From: Eledone cirrhosa | Taxonomy: Eukaryota | Length of the DNA stretch: 64,000 nucleotides | Assembly (NCBI GenBank): GCA_964016885.1 | Contig: OZ024742.1 | Span: 95,418,001 to 95,482,000 of the forward strand | Direction of reading: 5' to 3' | Shown here: in pieces, positions 1 through 13,954 of the stretch | How positions within the stretch are numbered: position 1 is the first letter of the stretch | Layout of the letters: every line of letters starts with the position of its first letter | Made by a program: the position numbers and the translations under genes | Notes under the pieces: model-generated | Databases searched by the model: none | Told to the model about the DNA's origin: nothing | What the model saw: the letters and a program-made list of their open reading frames with translations, nothing else

Positions 1-719
1 GATATTAGTCATGAAAACAGTAGCAAATATACCAGCAGTGGTGTGAGGTGGATAAAGGGAACTACATTTTTCACCATGATTTGAGGTATGCTTCCTGTAG
101 TAACATTGCTGTTTATTGCCTTTCCTCCTACAGAAATTTAGTAACAGATGGTTAGTATTTTTTCTACACATTCCACTGGAAATACAGTTTTCATATATAT
201 AGGATGACAAGCCCTTAGATACACAAATGATTATTTTAAATTCCTCATATTTATCTGAAATTATTTCCACCATAATTTTATGTAAGACCCTTTGTTAAGT
301 TATGCTCCGAACAGCAGATAAATACTGAGAAAGTTAGTAATATGACTACATGTAATGTATGTATAACAAAGGGCAGTCAAAATTCTAAAAGTAACTATAG
401 GTATAAATCTTTCGTCAGTCATTGATTTGTCTCTGGTTCTCATTTCCCCATTTCTCCAAATAAACAAACATTTTCCCCAATTCATTCCTCTTATTGCTTT
501 ATATAATGGAAACAAATATGAAAATAAAAATAAAAAAGTAGAAGAATATCAAAAATATAGTTTGCAATTTGTTTGTTTACAAGTGATGGTCTTTTTAAGA
601 TTTTCTAGTGCAGTGGTTAATGAGCAATTATTTTCACATGAGAATGGTACATCTTGAGACAAAGTGTCTGTGTCATCTTTTAAAGAAGCTAGGCAGTATG
701 TCTATATCATTAATTTCCA

Positions 720-1425
720 TTTGAAGCAATGGCCTGCCTCTTTAATTGGGTAGCTTTCAAACACCTTACAAGACCAACCAATAGCTCTATCTGGAACCAT
801 TGCCAAATCCAATAGTATCTGTATCTGGTATCTGTTTCTGATAGATAATTTCTAAAGAACTCTTTGAATGCTTTTATCATGGTAGTTGTAATGTACACAA
901 AGTTGTTCTGTCTGTCTGCTACATTGATATGTTTACTGGTTGATATTATTGCTTATTGGAAGAACCATTAGAACATTGGACAAATACATTTATGCTATTT
1001 GTTAAGCCCCTTTACATTCTGAGTTCAAACCCATCAATTGTCAACTTTTCCTTTCTTCCTCCAACAGTCAATAAAATAAAGCCCAAGCAAGTATAAGGGT
1101 TAGTTTAATTGACTTTCCACTCATCCAAAATTGATGAACTTGTGCCTAATTTATAAATCATTTATATTATTGTTGTTGTTTGTTTTGGTGGTTGTAGTTA
1201 TGGGTCTTAAAATACTTGTAGTTGTTGTTGAAGCAATGGCATGTCTGTTTAGTTGGGTAACTTTCAAACTCATTCCAAGACATGTCAATAGCTCTATCTG
1301 GAAGTATTGCCAAATCTGGTAGTATTTCTATCTTACAAACAATTTCTAAAGAACTCTTTGAATGCTTTTATCATGGTAGTTATAACATACTCAAAGATGT
1401 TCTGTCTGTCTGCTACTTTGATATA
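720..1425 (+). repeat. Diverged direct duplication of a ~200-bp segment (720-930 and 1228-1425)
   Basis: Shared collinear blocks gaagcaatggc, aatagctctatctggaa, aatttctaaagaactctttgaatgcttttatcatggtagtt and tgttctgtctgtctgctac, with substitutions and indels between them. Confidence 0.85.
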
Positions 1426-1805
1426 TTTACAAGATGCACATTTTTATTATCACCATCATCATCATTTTTGGTAATGCTGTAGGCTACGCATCATTCTCAT
1501 AATCTATAATATAAAAGAAATAATTATTCTTATTACTTTTAAGTGGCAATTTTATGAGTTGTTCGAGCATCACTATCTATTCTGTCTTTTATGGTCTGAA
1601 TTCAAATCCCACCGATGTTAACTTTGCCTTTCATCCTTACGGGATCGATAAAATAAAGTACCTGTAATACACTGGGATAATTGATGGCCATGTGCCAAAA
1701 GTAGAAACAACTATCTATTCTGTCTTTCTGTGCTTAGAGTTCAGATCCTGCTGAAGTCAACTTTGCCTGGCATTGTTTGTGGATCAATAAATAAAGTACC
1801 TGTTC
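1016..1805 (+). mobile_element. Three decayed fragments of one SINE family (~1016-1160, ~1595-1715, ~1725-1805)
   Basis: Each has a B-box-like gagttcaaa, then caactttgcctttcatcc-like sequence and ataaaataaagtacc-like sequence; they resemble each other. Confidence 0.6.
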
Positions 1806-2784
1806 AGAAGCAGAGGTTCTCAAACATTTTGGGCCATCCACCCGCTCTCCAGCAACGTTATACTCTCAACACACTCTACCTCTATTTCCAGAGAGACCTG
1901 CCTACTCGTAAATTGTAGATAATATATAATAAATAAAATCGTTAATTTCTATATAATAAATAATATAATATATACTCTGTGTAAATAAATAATAAATACA
2001 TTTTTTTATTTTACCTTATCTATATATAATATGTATCATTTGATATTTAATATACTACTATATCATCTCTACCCCCACACCCCACTGCAGTTAAAAGGCA
2101 GTTAAAACATGAAAATGGGAGGAATTACATATTTATATTACAATAAAGAAATAGCTATATTCTGGTGGTGTTTTTATGTATGTATGTGTCTTCAAGACAA
2201 GGTGGGACTAAAGGGGAACAGGGTGCTGTCTGTATTTACTAAGCGGGTGATACTATTATGTGCATGTGTGTTCTGCCCACGTATTTGTCTTAACAGTGAT
2301 GTTGCTCTGTAAGTATTCTTCCTATGGTTACATGTGCAAAGACTGACTCACGTAAAATTAGCACACCGAATGCACTAAACAACTCACCCACACACAGTCA
2401 CACCTGTATAGCTATAAAATATGCACATGCAGACCTAAAATCTAGCAACCACACGTAAGTACACCCTTACATGCAGTCGCTTATTGACTGTTCGATGCAT
2501 CCCTTCATGAATTGACTCACACCTGAGCATGGGAGCACAGAGTGTTACCCCAGTAATATTCTGCATGCTCGTGTGCTCTGAGTGGGTCATGCCTGATGGA
2601 GGATGAGGGGCACTGTGCCCCATGACTATATTCCTGTTGTTTCTGATGGGTGTTGTGCATAGTGTTGGGTGCACCGTGGTGTTTACACAGTATGTGTGCA
2701 GAGAGTGCGATATAGATTTTGGACTCATGTTGAGTGAGCATGAACCAGACATGAATGTTCACTCTCATGGCCAGTTGTGTGAAT

Positions 2785-2960
2785 AAATGGGGTTAGTGTT
2801 AAGAAGGGCATCCAGCCATAGAAAACAAGCCAGAAACAGTTCTGTGTGAGCAAGACATATTCACCTGATGCAAATTGCCTCAAATGAGACAACCCATCTA
2901 ACCCATGCTAGCGTAGAAAAATAGACGTTAAACAGTGATGATGGTGGTGATGATGATGAT
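2785..2960 (+). mobile_element. RTE-type 3' tail fragment ending in (GAT)n
   Basis: gaagggcatccagc...aacccatgctagcgt...gacgttaaac...gatgatgat matches the 3' UTR of the RTE at 51720-51895. Confidence 0.75.
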
Positions 2961-3970
2961 ACCTATATATATCACTTAAAATCTCTTTAATCTTAGTTAT
3001 GATCAACACAAGGATAAGTTCAAAAACAAGGAAGTAAAGGTACTTGGCTTCTACATTTATTTAGATTTGAAAAATGATAAACAATACAATATATATTGGA
3101 ATATCATCTCTAGAGAAGAAATATATAACACATACACACAAAAGATAACATACCTTATGCACAGCAGTAACTTTCAAAAGTATCTTCATAAAAAAAAAAA
3201 AAAAAAAAGGTATCATTGTATAGAAATTGTGAAAGAATTCCTTTATGAAGATATAAAATGTAAAAGAGTTTTAGATATTTTAAATCTATTACTTCAATAT
3301 ATAATGCATCACTGTAAATAGCCTATCCTTTGATTCGACTTTAATCTATTCCCAAATCTCTTTCATTATATAGATCTAATATAATGCTCTCATCATACCC
3401 TTCAAAATTCATATGCAAAATGTTTTAGTGTTAAACCCTTACTTATATAAATTTTTCCTGTGTTCATATTGATGTGTTAGACACTTTGTTACATAAATGA
3501 GTTTCCATAGTGATGTATCTAAGATTCATTAAGTATGTGCATGTATAAGACTGTATTCATATGGTAGAAGTGTGTCAAATCTCATATATGCTTCTTTGCC
3601 AAAATTTGCTGTCATTGAGATGTTTTTTAAAGTATTTAACAAATATCAAAACTCTATTCAAAAATTATTTTTATAACTGTTTATATCATTTTTTCCTGTC
3701 ATTTTTTAAATATGATTAAAAATATTTTAAAGTAATCAAGCCCCAAATTCTCCTCCTTGGATAATTGAGAAACATTTATTCACTTCCATCAATAAAAACC
3801 AAACTCTAAGTTTAATATAAAAACAACAAAAATACGTACGTTCCTGAGGTTCTAATCTAAAACTACATATAAAGATATAACCATTTTTTCTCAATATAAA
3901 TAACTTCTTTATTTCCATGCGTTAACTGTTTTTATTGCTTTTCTTCCCTTTTCATCCTTCTTAGTTGTTC

Positions 3971-3972
<2 letters not shown>

Positions 3973-4029
<57 letters not shown>
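3973..4029. repeat. (CA)n microsatellite
   Basis: Seen directly. Confidence 0.99.
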
Positions 4030-4032
<3 letters not shown>

Positions 4033-4109
4033 TAATTTATAACCTTTGTTTAATGCTTGACAAACTCCCAATGGAAAGGAACTGATATATATTTGTCACA
4101 TTCGATTAT

Positions 4110-4345
4110 TTTTCTTAAACATTTACACATGAAATGTCGTTTCTGAATAATAGAATGAAGCATGATATAAAAAAAAAAAAAAGCATTAAATGTATAATGA
4201 AAATATGATCCATTTGAAGCAATAACTTTTTCCCAATGACCATCTGAAGATAAGACACCTTCTCCATAAATTTCCTTAGGCTTAGTGGACATAAATTCGA
4301 TAAAAACACTAATTATGTCTTCCCTATTATTGAACATTTTATTAC
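4110..4345 (-). pseudogene. Tc1/mariner transposase C-terminal remnant
   Basis: FNNREDIISVFIEFMSTKPKEIYGEGVLSSDGHWEKVIASNGSYF fits the mariner C-terminal pattern F..K..EFY..GI..L..RWEK.V.S.G.YF. Confidence 0.6.
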
Positions 4346-5171
4346 AGATATAAAGCTTAAAATTTTCGCACGGTTATAGTCTGTAAGTAAAATGTCAGGT
4401 TTTCCAGTCTTTTATGCCCAGGCTGTAATGGCAAAAGGATTCCAAAGGAGAGAAAGAGATAGGGCAAATCAGCTATAATGCTTGACTGGTACTTCATTTA
4501 TTGACAGTGAAAGAATGGAAGGAAGAAGTTGCCTTGGTTAGATATGAGTACAGAGAGCTGGAGTGAATACTGCAATACATTCTCTCCAATCCTGAGATTA
4601 TTTTGTCGATTCTTTGCCTTAAAATAACAGGATAAAATGGAGGGTGCTGCAAGAGTTTATATGGCAAGTCTTTGAGACACTATGAAGTGAAAAATGTAGA
4701 AATCTGGCATTAGTCAAAGAGAAATATATCGGTTGATGTCTTCTGACCAATGCATACCATTTGTGGCCCTATTGAAAATGTATTCAACACATTTGATATC
4801 AAAGCACTTCTAGTTCTGGAACACAAAGCTGCTAATATTAATGTAGTTATATTTATCTAGAAACCATACATCATAATTTTGTGCTTGAGCATTTGTTACA
4901 TTATGGGACCCATAAAGATAGATACATGTGTGTGTGTGTGTCTTTATTTATTCATATATATATATATATATACAAAATTTAGTACAGCATCACCGAAGCT
5001 CTGGTTGCAGCCAAGCTAATGAATGCAGTCAGGGTGTGCCGCTAAGCACTTGATAGTGTATATTACCCTAGAGTTATAACATTACGTTTAGACAGCTTGG
5101 CAAATTGAAGACACCAACCGCCAGGTGGGCCGCAGCGGCCGAAAAAAAACTGAACTCAGGGTGTGTGTGTG

Positions 5172-5203
<32 letters not shown>

Positions 5204-5457
5204 AGTGGTTAGAGCATTGGTCTTGCAATCGAAAGGTTGTGAGTTCAATTCTCAGACCGGGTGATGTGTTGTTTCCTTGAGCAAGACACTTTATTTCACA
5301 TTGCTCCAGTTTACTCAGCTGTAGAAATGTGATGATAGGGACTGGGGTCCATATCATTCCACTGCAAAGTGGTCGTGGAGGTGCCACGGCAGAAAAGCAC
5401 CCAGCACTCACTGTAAATGGGGTTGGTGTTAGGAAGGGCATCCAGCTGTAGAAATCA
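5204..5457 (+). mobile_element. tRNA-derived SINE with CORE-like middle and RTE-derived tail
   Basis: A-box remnant gtggttagagc, B-box gagttcaattc, ccttgagcaagacactt middle; the tail matches the RTE 3' UTR at 51634-51767; near-identical to 45367-45590. Confidence 0.85.
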
Positions 5458-6563
5458 TATATATATATATATATATGGCATAAATTATTTGTGAAAGTAC
5501 ATGGCTGAGTGATTAGAGAAGTGAAGTTGCAAGTTCGATTCCTGGAATGGGTGATGTATTATGTCCTTGGGCAAGACATTATATTTCACGTTACTCCTTC
5601 TACCTGGGGTTTCAGCCAATAGATAGTATTAGCAATTCCTGAGTTCAATTTGAGGAAAGTCGATTGACTGTCTATATATATATATATCTAAATATATAAA
5701 TCAGGATGGATTCAGTTAGAGAGTGGTTAGAATGTGGTCCTCTGTCCTGTAAAATCTCAGAATATGACAACCCATTTAACTCAAGACATCATCATCATCA
5801 TCATCATTTTATATATATACATCATCATTTTATATCTGTATATATATACATATATACACATATATATCATCATCATCATCAACATCATCTCATATCCTTT
5901 TTCTATGCTTGCACTCATTATATGGCTTATCACAATCTGAGGCCAGCCATGTTATATGACTGTCTTGCTCACATAATCTATTCTGGCAAGGCTGCTATGG
6001 CTGAATGCCCTTTCTAATGCCAATCAATTCAAAACATATATTAGATGTATCTTATTGTGGCAACACCATCACCAACTAGCAAATGGAGTGGGTGTTTTTT
6101 TTTTATCTCGATATCAGCTCTGCCAGTTTACATTATTGGTTTTTTGCAGTTTATCATGGCACTAGTATTACCTACCACTTTAAATTTTAGGCTGGGTGCA
6201 GTTTATTGTGGCACCAGCACTACCACATCTAAATTGTATGTGTAGTCTCAGTTGATAGAAATTTTATTTTCTGCTACCCACATCTAGACAACAAGACTGT
6301 GTGTGTGTGTTGCAATAAGTACTCAGTAATCTTTCTCATATTTGTTAAATATAAAAGGTGTACATACGTGATGACACAGGAACACATATGTATACACATA
6401 CATGCACATATATAAAACTATACTTAAACATTCATATTTCACTTTATCCCCATACACTGTAACTTATTTCTTAATTATATTTGTAATTAATTATTCATGT
6501 GACACCTGCAGTTTTGTGTTTTAGATGTCAAGAGAGAAATTGGGTAACTTACTGGTTAAATTA

Positions 6564-8559
6564 CACCGGGTAACAAACATTTTTTTTTTTCTGTTCCTGG
6601 CTTGTAATCACTTTTTTGTGTTGCTTGGGTCCCACATATATTGAAAAAAAGTCCTATTAAACAGTTAAAAGTTTGGGTTTGTAAAAATTCTAAGCTATTC
6701 ACTAGAATTATTTGTATGCTGGATTTTATGTTGTATGTAATTTTAATTTGCTTATGTTAAATGATTTTTTTTATATATGTTTCAGGTTAAATTAAAATTA
6801 TAAAATAAAGAGTAATACCTAAAGAAAATGATAAAAGTGCAATAAAGTATAAAATTGTTAAAAAGGGGATTAAAGAGTTTTATTGATACTGGATTTCCGC
6901 ACCCTGAATAAAAGGTAAGTTGTGTTTTAAGCACAACTTTTCATTAGTATGATTAGTGTTCTTTTATATTATTTAAATATGTATTTCCCTTTCCAATATT
7001 TATTTTGTATTGCATATCAAATTTATTTTCTAAGACAAGTATTCTGATGAAGAGGAGGAGATGGATGCTGAGGACTTGGATTACCTGCCTGAGGTACCAG
7101 AAACAGTTCCTCACTTCCCAAACCAAAAAGAAGTCAATGAATTGGTCAGGGATATGGGTCTGACCAAGTCCAATGCAGAGCTATTTTTCTCCAGGATGAA
7201 GCAGTGGAACTTGGCCAAGGAGGAAGTGCAGGTGACATGTCAGAGAAGTCGACACAAACCTTTCTCAGGCTTTTACACTCTTAGGGATGGCCTCTGCTTC
7301 TGCCATGACGTGCCTGGACTGTTTGATGTTATTGGGGTGCCGTTTGTGCCCAAGGAGTGGCGGCTATTTATAGACAGCTCCACCACAAGTTTGAAGGCTG
7401 TCCTCCTCCACAATGGAAACAAGTTCTCGACACTGCCCCTAGCTCATTCAGTCTGCCTGAAGGAAGATTACTACAGTGTGAAAGTCCTCTTGGAAGCTCT
7501 GCAATACAACCAGTACAATTGGGAAATCATTGGAGACTACAAGATGGTGGCTTTCCTGCTTGGACTCCAAGGAGGCTTTATCAAATTATAATACTTCCTC
7601 TGCCTTTGGGACAGCAGAGCCACCTCTGACCACTACAAAAGAAAGAACTGGGAGTAACGAACAGAATTTGTAGTTGGGACCCAGAACGTCATGTGGGAGC
7701 CACTGGTTGATCCCAGGATTGTGCTCATGCCACCACTGCACATTAAGTTGGGGTTGATGAAGCAGTTTGTGAAGGCTCTCAACCAAGAATCAGCCGCTTT
7801 TAAGTACCTTCTTGAGTTCTTCCCCAAGTTATCTGAGGCCAAATTCAAAGGTGGAATTTTTGTTGGACCTCAGATAAAGAAGGTGTTTGAGTCTACCGAG
7901 TTCTCCAATAAGCTCAATAGGATTGAGAGAACAGCATGGAACTGTTTCCAGGCAGTTATTAAGGGCTTGCTGGGCAACTACAGAGCTGAAAACTACCAGC
8001 AACTGGTGCAGGATCTGATAAAGGCTTTTTGGCGCCATAGGATGCAGGAGGCAGCTTAAACTCCATATGCTGGATGCTCGCCTGGAAAAATTCAAGGACA
8101 ATATGGGCGCCTACTCAGAAGAACAAGGCGAACGATTCCACCAATATGTGAAAGAGATAGAGCGGAGGTACCACGGCCACTACAATGAAAAAATGATGGG
8201 GGACTATATCTGGGGGCTAGCGTGGGAATGCGACCCGGACTACAACCGCAAATCCAGGAAATCCAGTCATTTCTGTTGTGTATAAGTTGCTTTATAAGTG
8301 TTATTTGTTTTTACTTGTTTGCTTTTGATAAGCTTGTGTAATAAAATAAATATATACTCTGTTGATTTAATTATATGAACTGATAAATTTTTTTTAAATG
8401 TATTTTTTCTTGAAAAATATGAAAATTTTGAAATATCAAACCTCTGACCACAAACCCAAACTTCTGATTAAATAATAATGTTTTTTTTAATAATAATGGG
8501 ATATAACAAACCATGAAATGACACTTAGAACCGGGGAACAAAAAATATGTTACACGGTG
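6564..8559 (+). mobile_element. Chapaev3-type (CMC group) DNA transposon with both termini
   Basis: Termini CACCGGGTAACA...TGTTACACGGTG form imperfect TIRs extending about 30 bp; TTA flanks both ends (6561-6563 and 8560-8562), matching the TWA target duplication of Chapaev3; transposase inside. Confidence 0.88.
7034..8285 (+). pseudogene. Chapaev3 transposase, broken by a frameshift near 7585, a stop near 7655 and frameshifts near 8030-8060
   Basis: Motifs WRLFIDSS.SLKAVLLHNGN, GDYKMVAFLLGLQGG, CLWDSR, MPPLHIKLGLMKQFVKAL, GIFVGPQI and MGAYSEEQGERFHQ across ORFs 7061-7591, 7691-8059 and 8067-8285. Confidence 0.9.
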
Positions 8560-8644
8560 TTATTGTAGTTACAGCTGAAACATTGTGATTTCACAGTCAG
8601 AGCTGTTGTGTATTTATATGTCTAAACAGATCTCACTAACATCC

Positions 8645-8925
8645 ATGTGGCTTAGTGATTAGCGTGTTCAGTTTTCAACCCTAAGATCGTGAGTGTTGTT
8701 CCAGCTAATGCATTCTACCCTTGAGTAAGAAACTTTATTTCACATTGCTCCAGTCCATTTAGCTGGCAACATAGGTTTTATCTGTAATTCAAAGGGCCAC
8801 CTTGTCACACTCTGTCTCACATAGAATCTCTGCAATAACAATGTTAAGGATGTACTTGTCAGTGGAATGCTCTGCAATTTGAATGTTACTTTCATGAGAA
8901 AGCTGTTCAATTGTTTGAACAACAC
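8645..8925 (+). mobile_element. Decayed tRNA-derived SINE
   Basis: tggcttagtgattagc A-box; ccttgagtaagaaactttatttcacattgctccagt shared with the SINE at 5204. Confidence 0.65.
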
Positions 8926-11162
8926 GAGCAGATTTCTTCAGAACTTGTAGGAGTCAAATACACAACAACAGTTCCACATGTCTCTATTGTGAGGAGGTTC
9001 TGGAGACCCAAATGTTCTCTAACTCAGGATTCATAGTTGCTTTAATCCAATTGTGCTACTCAGTACCAATAGGGAAGTGATAATGTCAGTAGGTATGGAA
9101 ACTGTTGTGATTTTCGTTTTTTTACATATTATGAGCTTGAAAGGGGTTGTTTTGTTTCTGTACTTTTAATGTTACAAAAATATGTTGCAGGGAATTCTCC
9201 TTCAATACAGAATATTAACACTGGATTAACTAATAAGCAAAATATGACATGATTGGAGCATCAAGGAAGGAAGGGTACCATTATTTTCAAATTAAATGTA
9301 TCTATCATTTACAAAACAATTTTTTAGAGACTATGTATATATCGGAAATTCCACAATCTTTAAAGTGCCCAGAAACTCAAAAGCTCTTAATTTGACCCTG
9401 CAGACTAGCAAATTCATTTATAATACATTTGTCAGCCCTAGGCAAGTGTAGATGACACTTCCTGTAGGCGTCATAGAGTGAGATAGAACCTGAGACCACA
9501 TAATTGCATAACAAACTTCTTAACTATACAGTCATTCCTCTAGCTATTCATATATTCATATGAAATACATTTGTATGCAAATATAGTCATATGTTATGTG
9601 TGTGACACAATCATTCATACAGTGATACATAAACAGAGCAATGATATTTATGTAATATTCTAACATTTGTCTAACATTTTGTCCTTATAAAATGATGGTG
9701 GTTCCAGAAAATTCGATAAATAATAACTTTTAATGCTCTATACTGTTTTTTACACTTTTTACATGTGTCTGTGTGTGTGAGTGTGTGTCAAAGCATCCAT
9801 GTATATATGCATATATGTATGTACGTATGTGTGAATAGGAAGATAGAAAAATATATATACATAAGTGAATGCTTATTTATATACATGTATGTATGCATAC
9901 AATATATATATATGATATATATATATGATATATATATATATATATATATACTTCCATGCATACAACTGTCAATGTGCATGTGTATAAGAACTCATTCTCT
10001 TGCATTGTACATACACACACATAAATACATATGTGTATGTGTGTGTATATATACATATATTTATATACACATAAATACATATGTGTATGTGTGTGTGTAT
10101 ATATATGTATATTTATATATACACATAAATACATACATATTTGTGTGTGTGCAAATATATATATGTATACATATACTGATGTATATTTTTCCTGCATGTA
10201 TATATACAATATAATTATACAAGAAAACAAGAAATATACTGAGAGAGAGGTGAGATGGTGGGGATTTTGGTAGGTGTTGTAAAAGAATGTTAGAAGTTGG
10301 AAGAGAGTAAAAGGTCTGGTATGACTCTGTAATATATTATCAATCTTTCCATTGTAAGTATTGTTGTCAACCATGGAACCAGCATTGATGAGTATATTTC
10401 CGGAACATATAAATAATCTCCAGTAGGAACTAAAAATGTATGTATGTTCATCTGGTTTATAATTTCACAAATTTTGCCAATAGAGAGAGAGTCAGTTTCT
10501 AACATAGATACAAGATTCTCTCATTGGAATTCACAAAACATCAACTAAGTAAATATGTATGCATGTCTAAAATTCATGCATATGTGTGCAGGTATGGATG
10601 TTATTGTATGTGTGGATGTGAATGTTTTGAGTTGTATATGTGCATGTTCATATGCTTTTTATCTGTACAAGTGTATATGCAGTTATTAGATGCAGAATCT
10701 TTGGAATGTTTAACATATTTTTACTGGATTGTACTTGTAATTTCCTAACTAGTCATGTTCTTTCTGTTTCTGTGAAGCCCAGCTTCTCAAGATTTGTTTG
10801 TTTGTTTGTTTGTATGTATGTATATAATACCAGTAAAAGTTGACAGGGTGTACATTTAGTTAAGAGATTGAAGCCTTTATTATAATAACCGAGGATTTTC
10901 CAACAATATGCTGTATGTGTATAGTAAAATTGCAAATGTAAAATTAACAATAATTACTCAAACGTGCATCAACTTATTTATCATGGTTTTTCAAGGAATA
11001 TCTAGTGACCTCTTCAGGAACCCTAGGTTTCTGGGGAACACTGGTTAAGAAACACTGTTCTACAACATGCAATACCGTTGATTAATAAATAAATATACAT
11101 ATATGTATCTGTGTATGTATAAGCATATGAGTGCATGTATATATATATATATATATATATAT

Positions 11163-13448
11163 AAGTTTCTTTTATTTGCCACTAGGGCATCAAAAGTGGG
11201 ACAAGTACAAAGGGGGGGGGGTTTACACAAAAAGGCGTCCTCAATAAGGAGGAGGCAATAACAAAATATAAAAATAAAATAAGATATAACAAAAAATAAA
11301 ATTTTTAACAAAATCCTCAATAGAGAGGAGACGCCTTGGGGGGTCGCACACACCCCCGAAAAAAGTGTGCAACCCTTTTCCTCAGGAGCACAGAGAGGGG
11401 GTGCTCCCTCGTTCCTTCCTCTTTTCCACCTACAGGCTTATGTAAAGAGAAGGCCCATTCACACGGGCCATTCTCGCCACTTTCACCCACCTTTCATAAA
11501 AACGACTGGGGTGCAGCACCTCTCTCTCCATCCTGATCCTTCTTCCGAAATGATATCGGAAGAAACGGACCAGTTGTTGGCCAGAGAGAAAGGTGCCTGA
11601 CCTCAGTCCTTTCAGACGCGTCCACCATACAACCTCTTTCGCCATGGCTATTACGCACAGAAACTCCGCCTCTGCTTCATCTTTGAAGGGGGGAGGCGGC
11701 TTGATCATTACAATAGACTCGGTGGTCAACCGGATCGGTCCCACCCTTGACAGCAGTTGTTCGACATAGCCCCACAGATCGGCTGCGCCCGAGCAGTGTA
11801 CCAATGCGTGTGCAACGGTTTCCTCGTCGCACACGCATCTGGGACAGATCTTTTTGGCGGGGTCCCTACCCGGGCGCCCGTGTCTGTAGAGCCTTTCTCG
11901 AACGGGTAAAGCCCCTCGGTAGCACTGCCAGGCCAGGGACTTCTGGAAGTTGTCCATAGGTCCCGGGCTGAATGTCCTACCGAACAGGCTGGCCAGTTCG
12001 TCCTCCTCCATGTCTAGGGCTTCTCCGAGGGCGTCGTCGCACCTGCTGCGTACCAGCCCTCTATAGAATGTTGCGGTGGAGTCTCCACTGATAACCGGAT
12101 CCGCCTGCCAGAGGGCGGTGAGCGCCTGGGCACACTCAGTGTGCCAGGCGCCCAGTTTTCTCGGTCTTTGCTTGACCCAGGATTGCAGCTCGGTGAGTGA
12201 GACGAGTCTGGGAAAGGTTCGTCTCACAAACGAGGCCCACACCGGTTGTCCGGTGAGGAATACGTAGAGGTGCCGTAGCCTTAATGCGTGTTTACGCATC
12301 ATTAGCCACGGCATCCCCAGCCCTCCTTTCGAAGGGTGTTGACAGCAGATGGATCTCCTCACCATAGGAGCCCGCCTCTTCCAAAGGAATTGGAAGAGCG
12401 CGCGCTCCATCTTGGTGAGGGTTTCCCTTGGGCAGGGCACTACGGTCAGGCGGTAGTAGATGACGGACGCTATGTAGGTGTTCGCCACCTCCGCCCGACC
12501 TTTCAGGGATAGTTTGCAACTGGCCCACTTCTGGGTCAGTGCAAACACCCTGTTCGTAACCTCCGCCCAGTTTTTCTCCACCTGGAGGTCCGGTCCGAAC
12601 CAGACCCCGAGCAACTTCACCGGGCCCTCCGTCCAGCGTCCGACGACGCCATCGGAGGGCATCGGTGTGCCCCTCCACGTGCCGAGTTGCAAACCGATCG
12701 ACTTGTCCCGGTTCAGCTTAGCCCCTGTGAACTTTTCGTACTCCTCCAGTAAGGTGCCGACCGCCTCGATTTCGGAGGCCGTCGACACCATTACTGTCAC
12801 GTCATCGGCGTAGGCCGACACCGCTTTCCGCAATCCCGGTTCCAAAGGGATGCCCTGCAACAACTCCAACTTCCGCAGTAGTGGCTCGAGAGTCAACACA
12901 TACAGAAGGGAGGAGAGAGGGCACCCTTGTCGGATGGACCGCGCGATTTTGAACGGCTCCGAGAGGTAGCCGTTCACCTTGACCCTAGAGCAGATGCGGC
13001 TGCTGTGCATAGCAGTGATCCAGCCCCTGAAAACGGGTCCGAAGCCTGCCGCCGCTAGCACCGCATCCAGGTAACCATGGTCGACCCTATCGAACGCCTT
13101 AGATTGATCCAAGTTGATCAGAGCTCCACCAAAGCCGGGTTCGTTCCCAACCCTCTCTATGATGTATCGCATGAGGTGGAGGTTGTCATGGATGGACCTG
13201 GACGGGATAGCGCATGTCTGCGCATCTCCCACCAGGTTGCCCACGACAAGCGCCAACCTCTTTGCTAGCACCTTGGCCAAAATCTGTAACTCTGTATTTA
13301 GCAGAGTTATGGGCCTGAAGTTACTTATTTCGTCCCCCTTGTTCTCGTCCTTCTTCACTAGCGTGACTACGCCCTTGGTCACAGTACAGGGAATTCTCCC
13401 GTTCTGTTGCCAGTTGCAGTAGACCGCCTCGAGGAGATCGGGGAACAA
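11163..13448 (-). mobile_element. 5'-truncated Tx1/L1-clade LINE with uninterrupted RT and C-terminal zinc finger
   Basis: 672-codon open frame 13448-11430 with NFRPITLLN, LDQSKAFDRVDH, IRQGCPLS, AYADD, GGLG and CPRC...ETVAHALVHC; GC-rich against the background; the 3' UTR ends AATAAA next to (TA)n. The ORF start is the truncation point, not a true start. Confidence 0.93.
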
Positions 13449-13954
13449 TGTGTGTGTGTGTATGTCTGGTGGTGTACAGAATAATATATTAAAGTAGAAC
13501 TGTCAGAAGAATGAAATATTGTTTATTTTTTTATCAAAAACTATAGTAATAGATCATTTATATTTTGAATCTAGTGCTTTTGTCTTTCATGAGACATGAT
13601 ATAAAGATTGTTGTTAAAAGTGTAGTCAAACTGGAATTTCCTATATGTATTTTCATATCTTTTTAAGTAGAGCTGTTATGGTTTAGTTTGAAAGTGAACT
13701 TCTTTATAAAATATTTCTCCATTTTTTTGTCAGTAATTTGTATCATCCTTTGAACATTTGTGAAAAATGAATATTTCAAGTTTGCTGTTCCTGTATATGT
13801 TTAAATGTTCGCTTAATGAGATTTTTCTTAGTTCTGGTTTTCACATCAGTTGTTTGTGTACTTTGATTTGTTCACAGAAAGGGTTACTAATTGACTTATA
13901 TAATTGTCTTTGCAGCCAAGAAAAATTATATCATGTAAATTATACTCTGAAAAG

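Noticed and set aside
1811-11057. Isolated hAT-like ends (cagaggttctcaaac at 1811; ggttaagaaacactg at 11043)
   Set aside because: 9 kb apart with no matching target duplication; probably separate relics.
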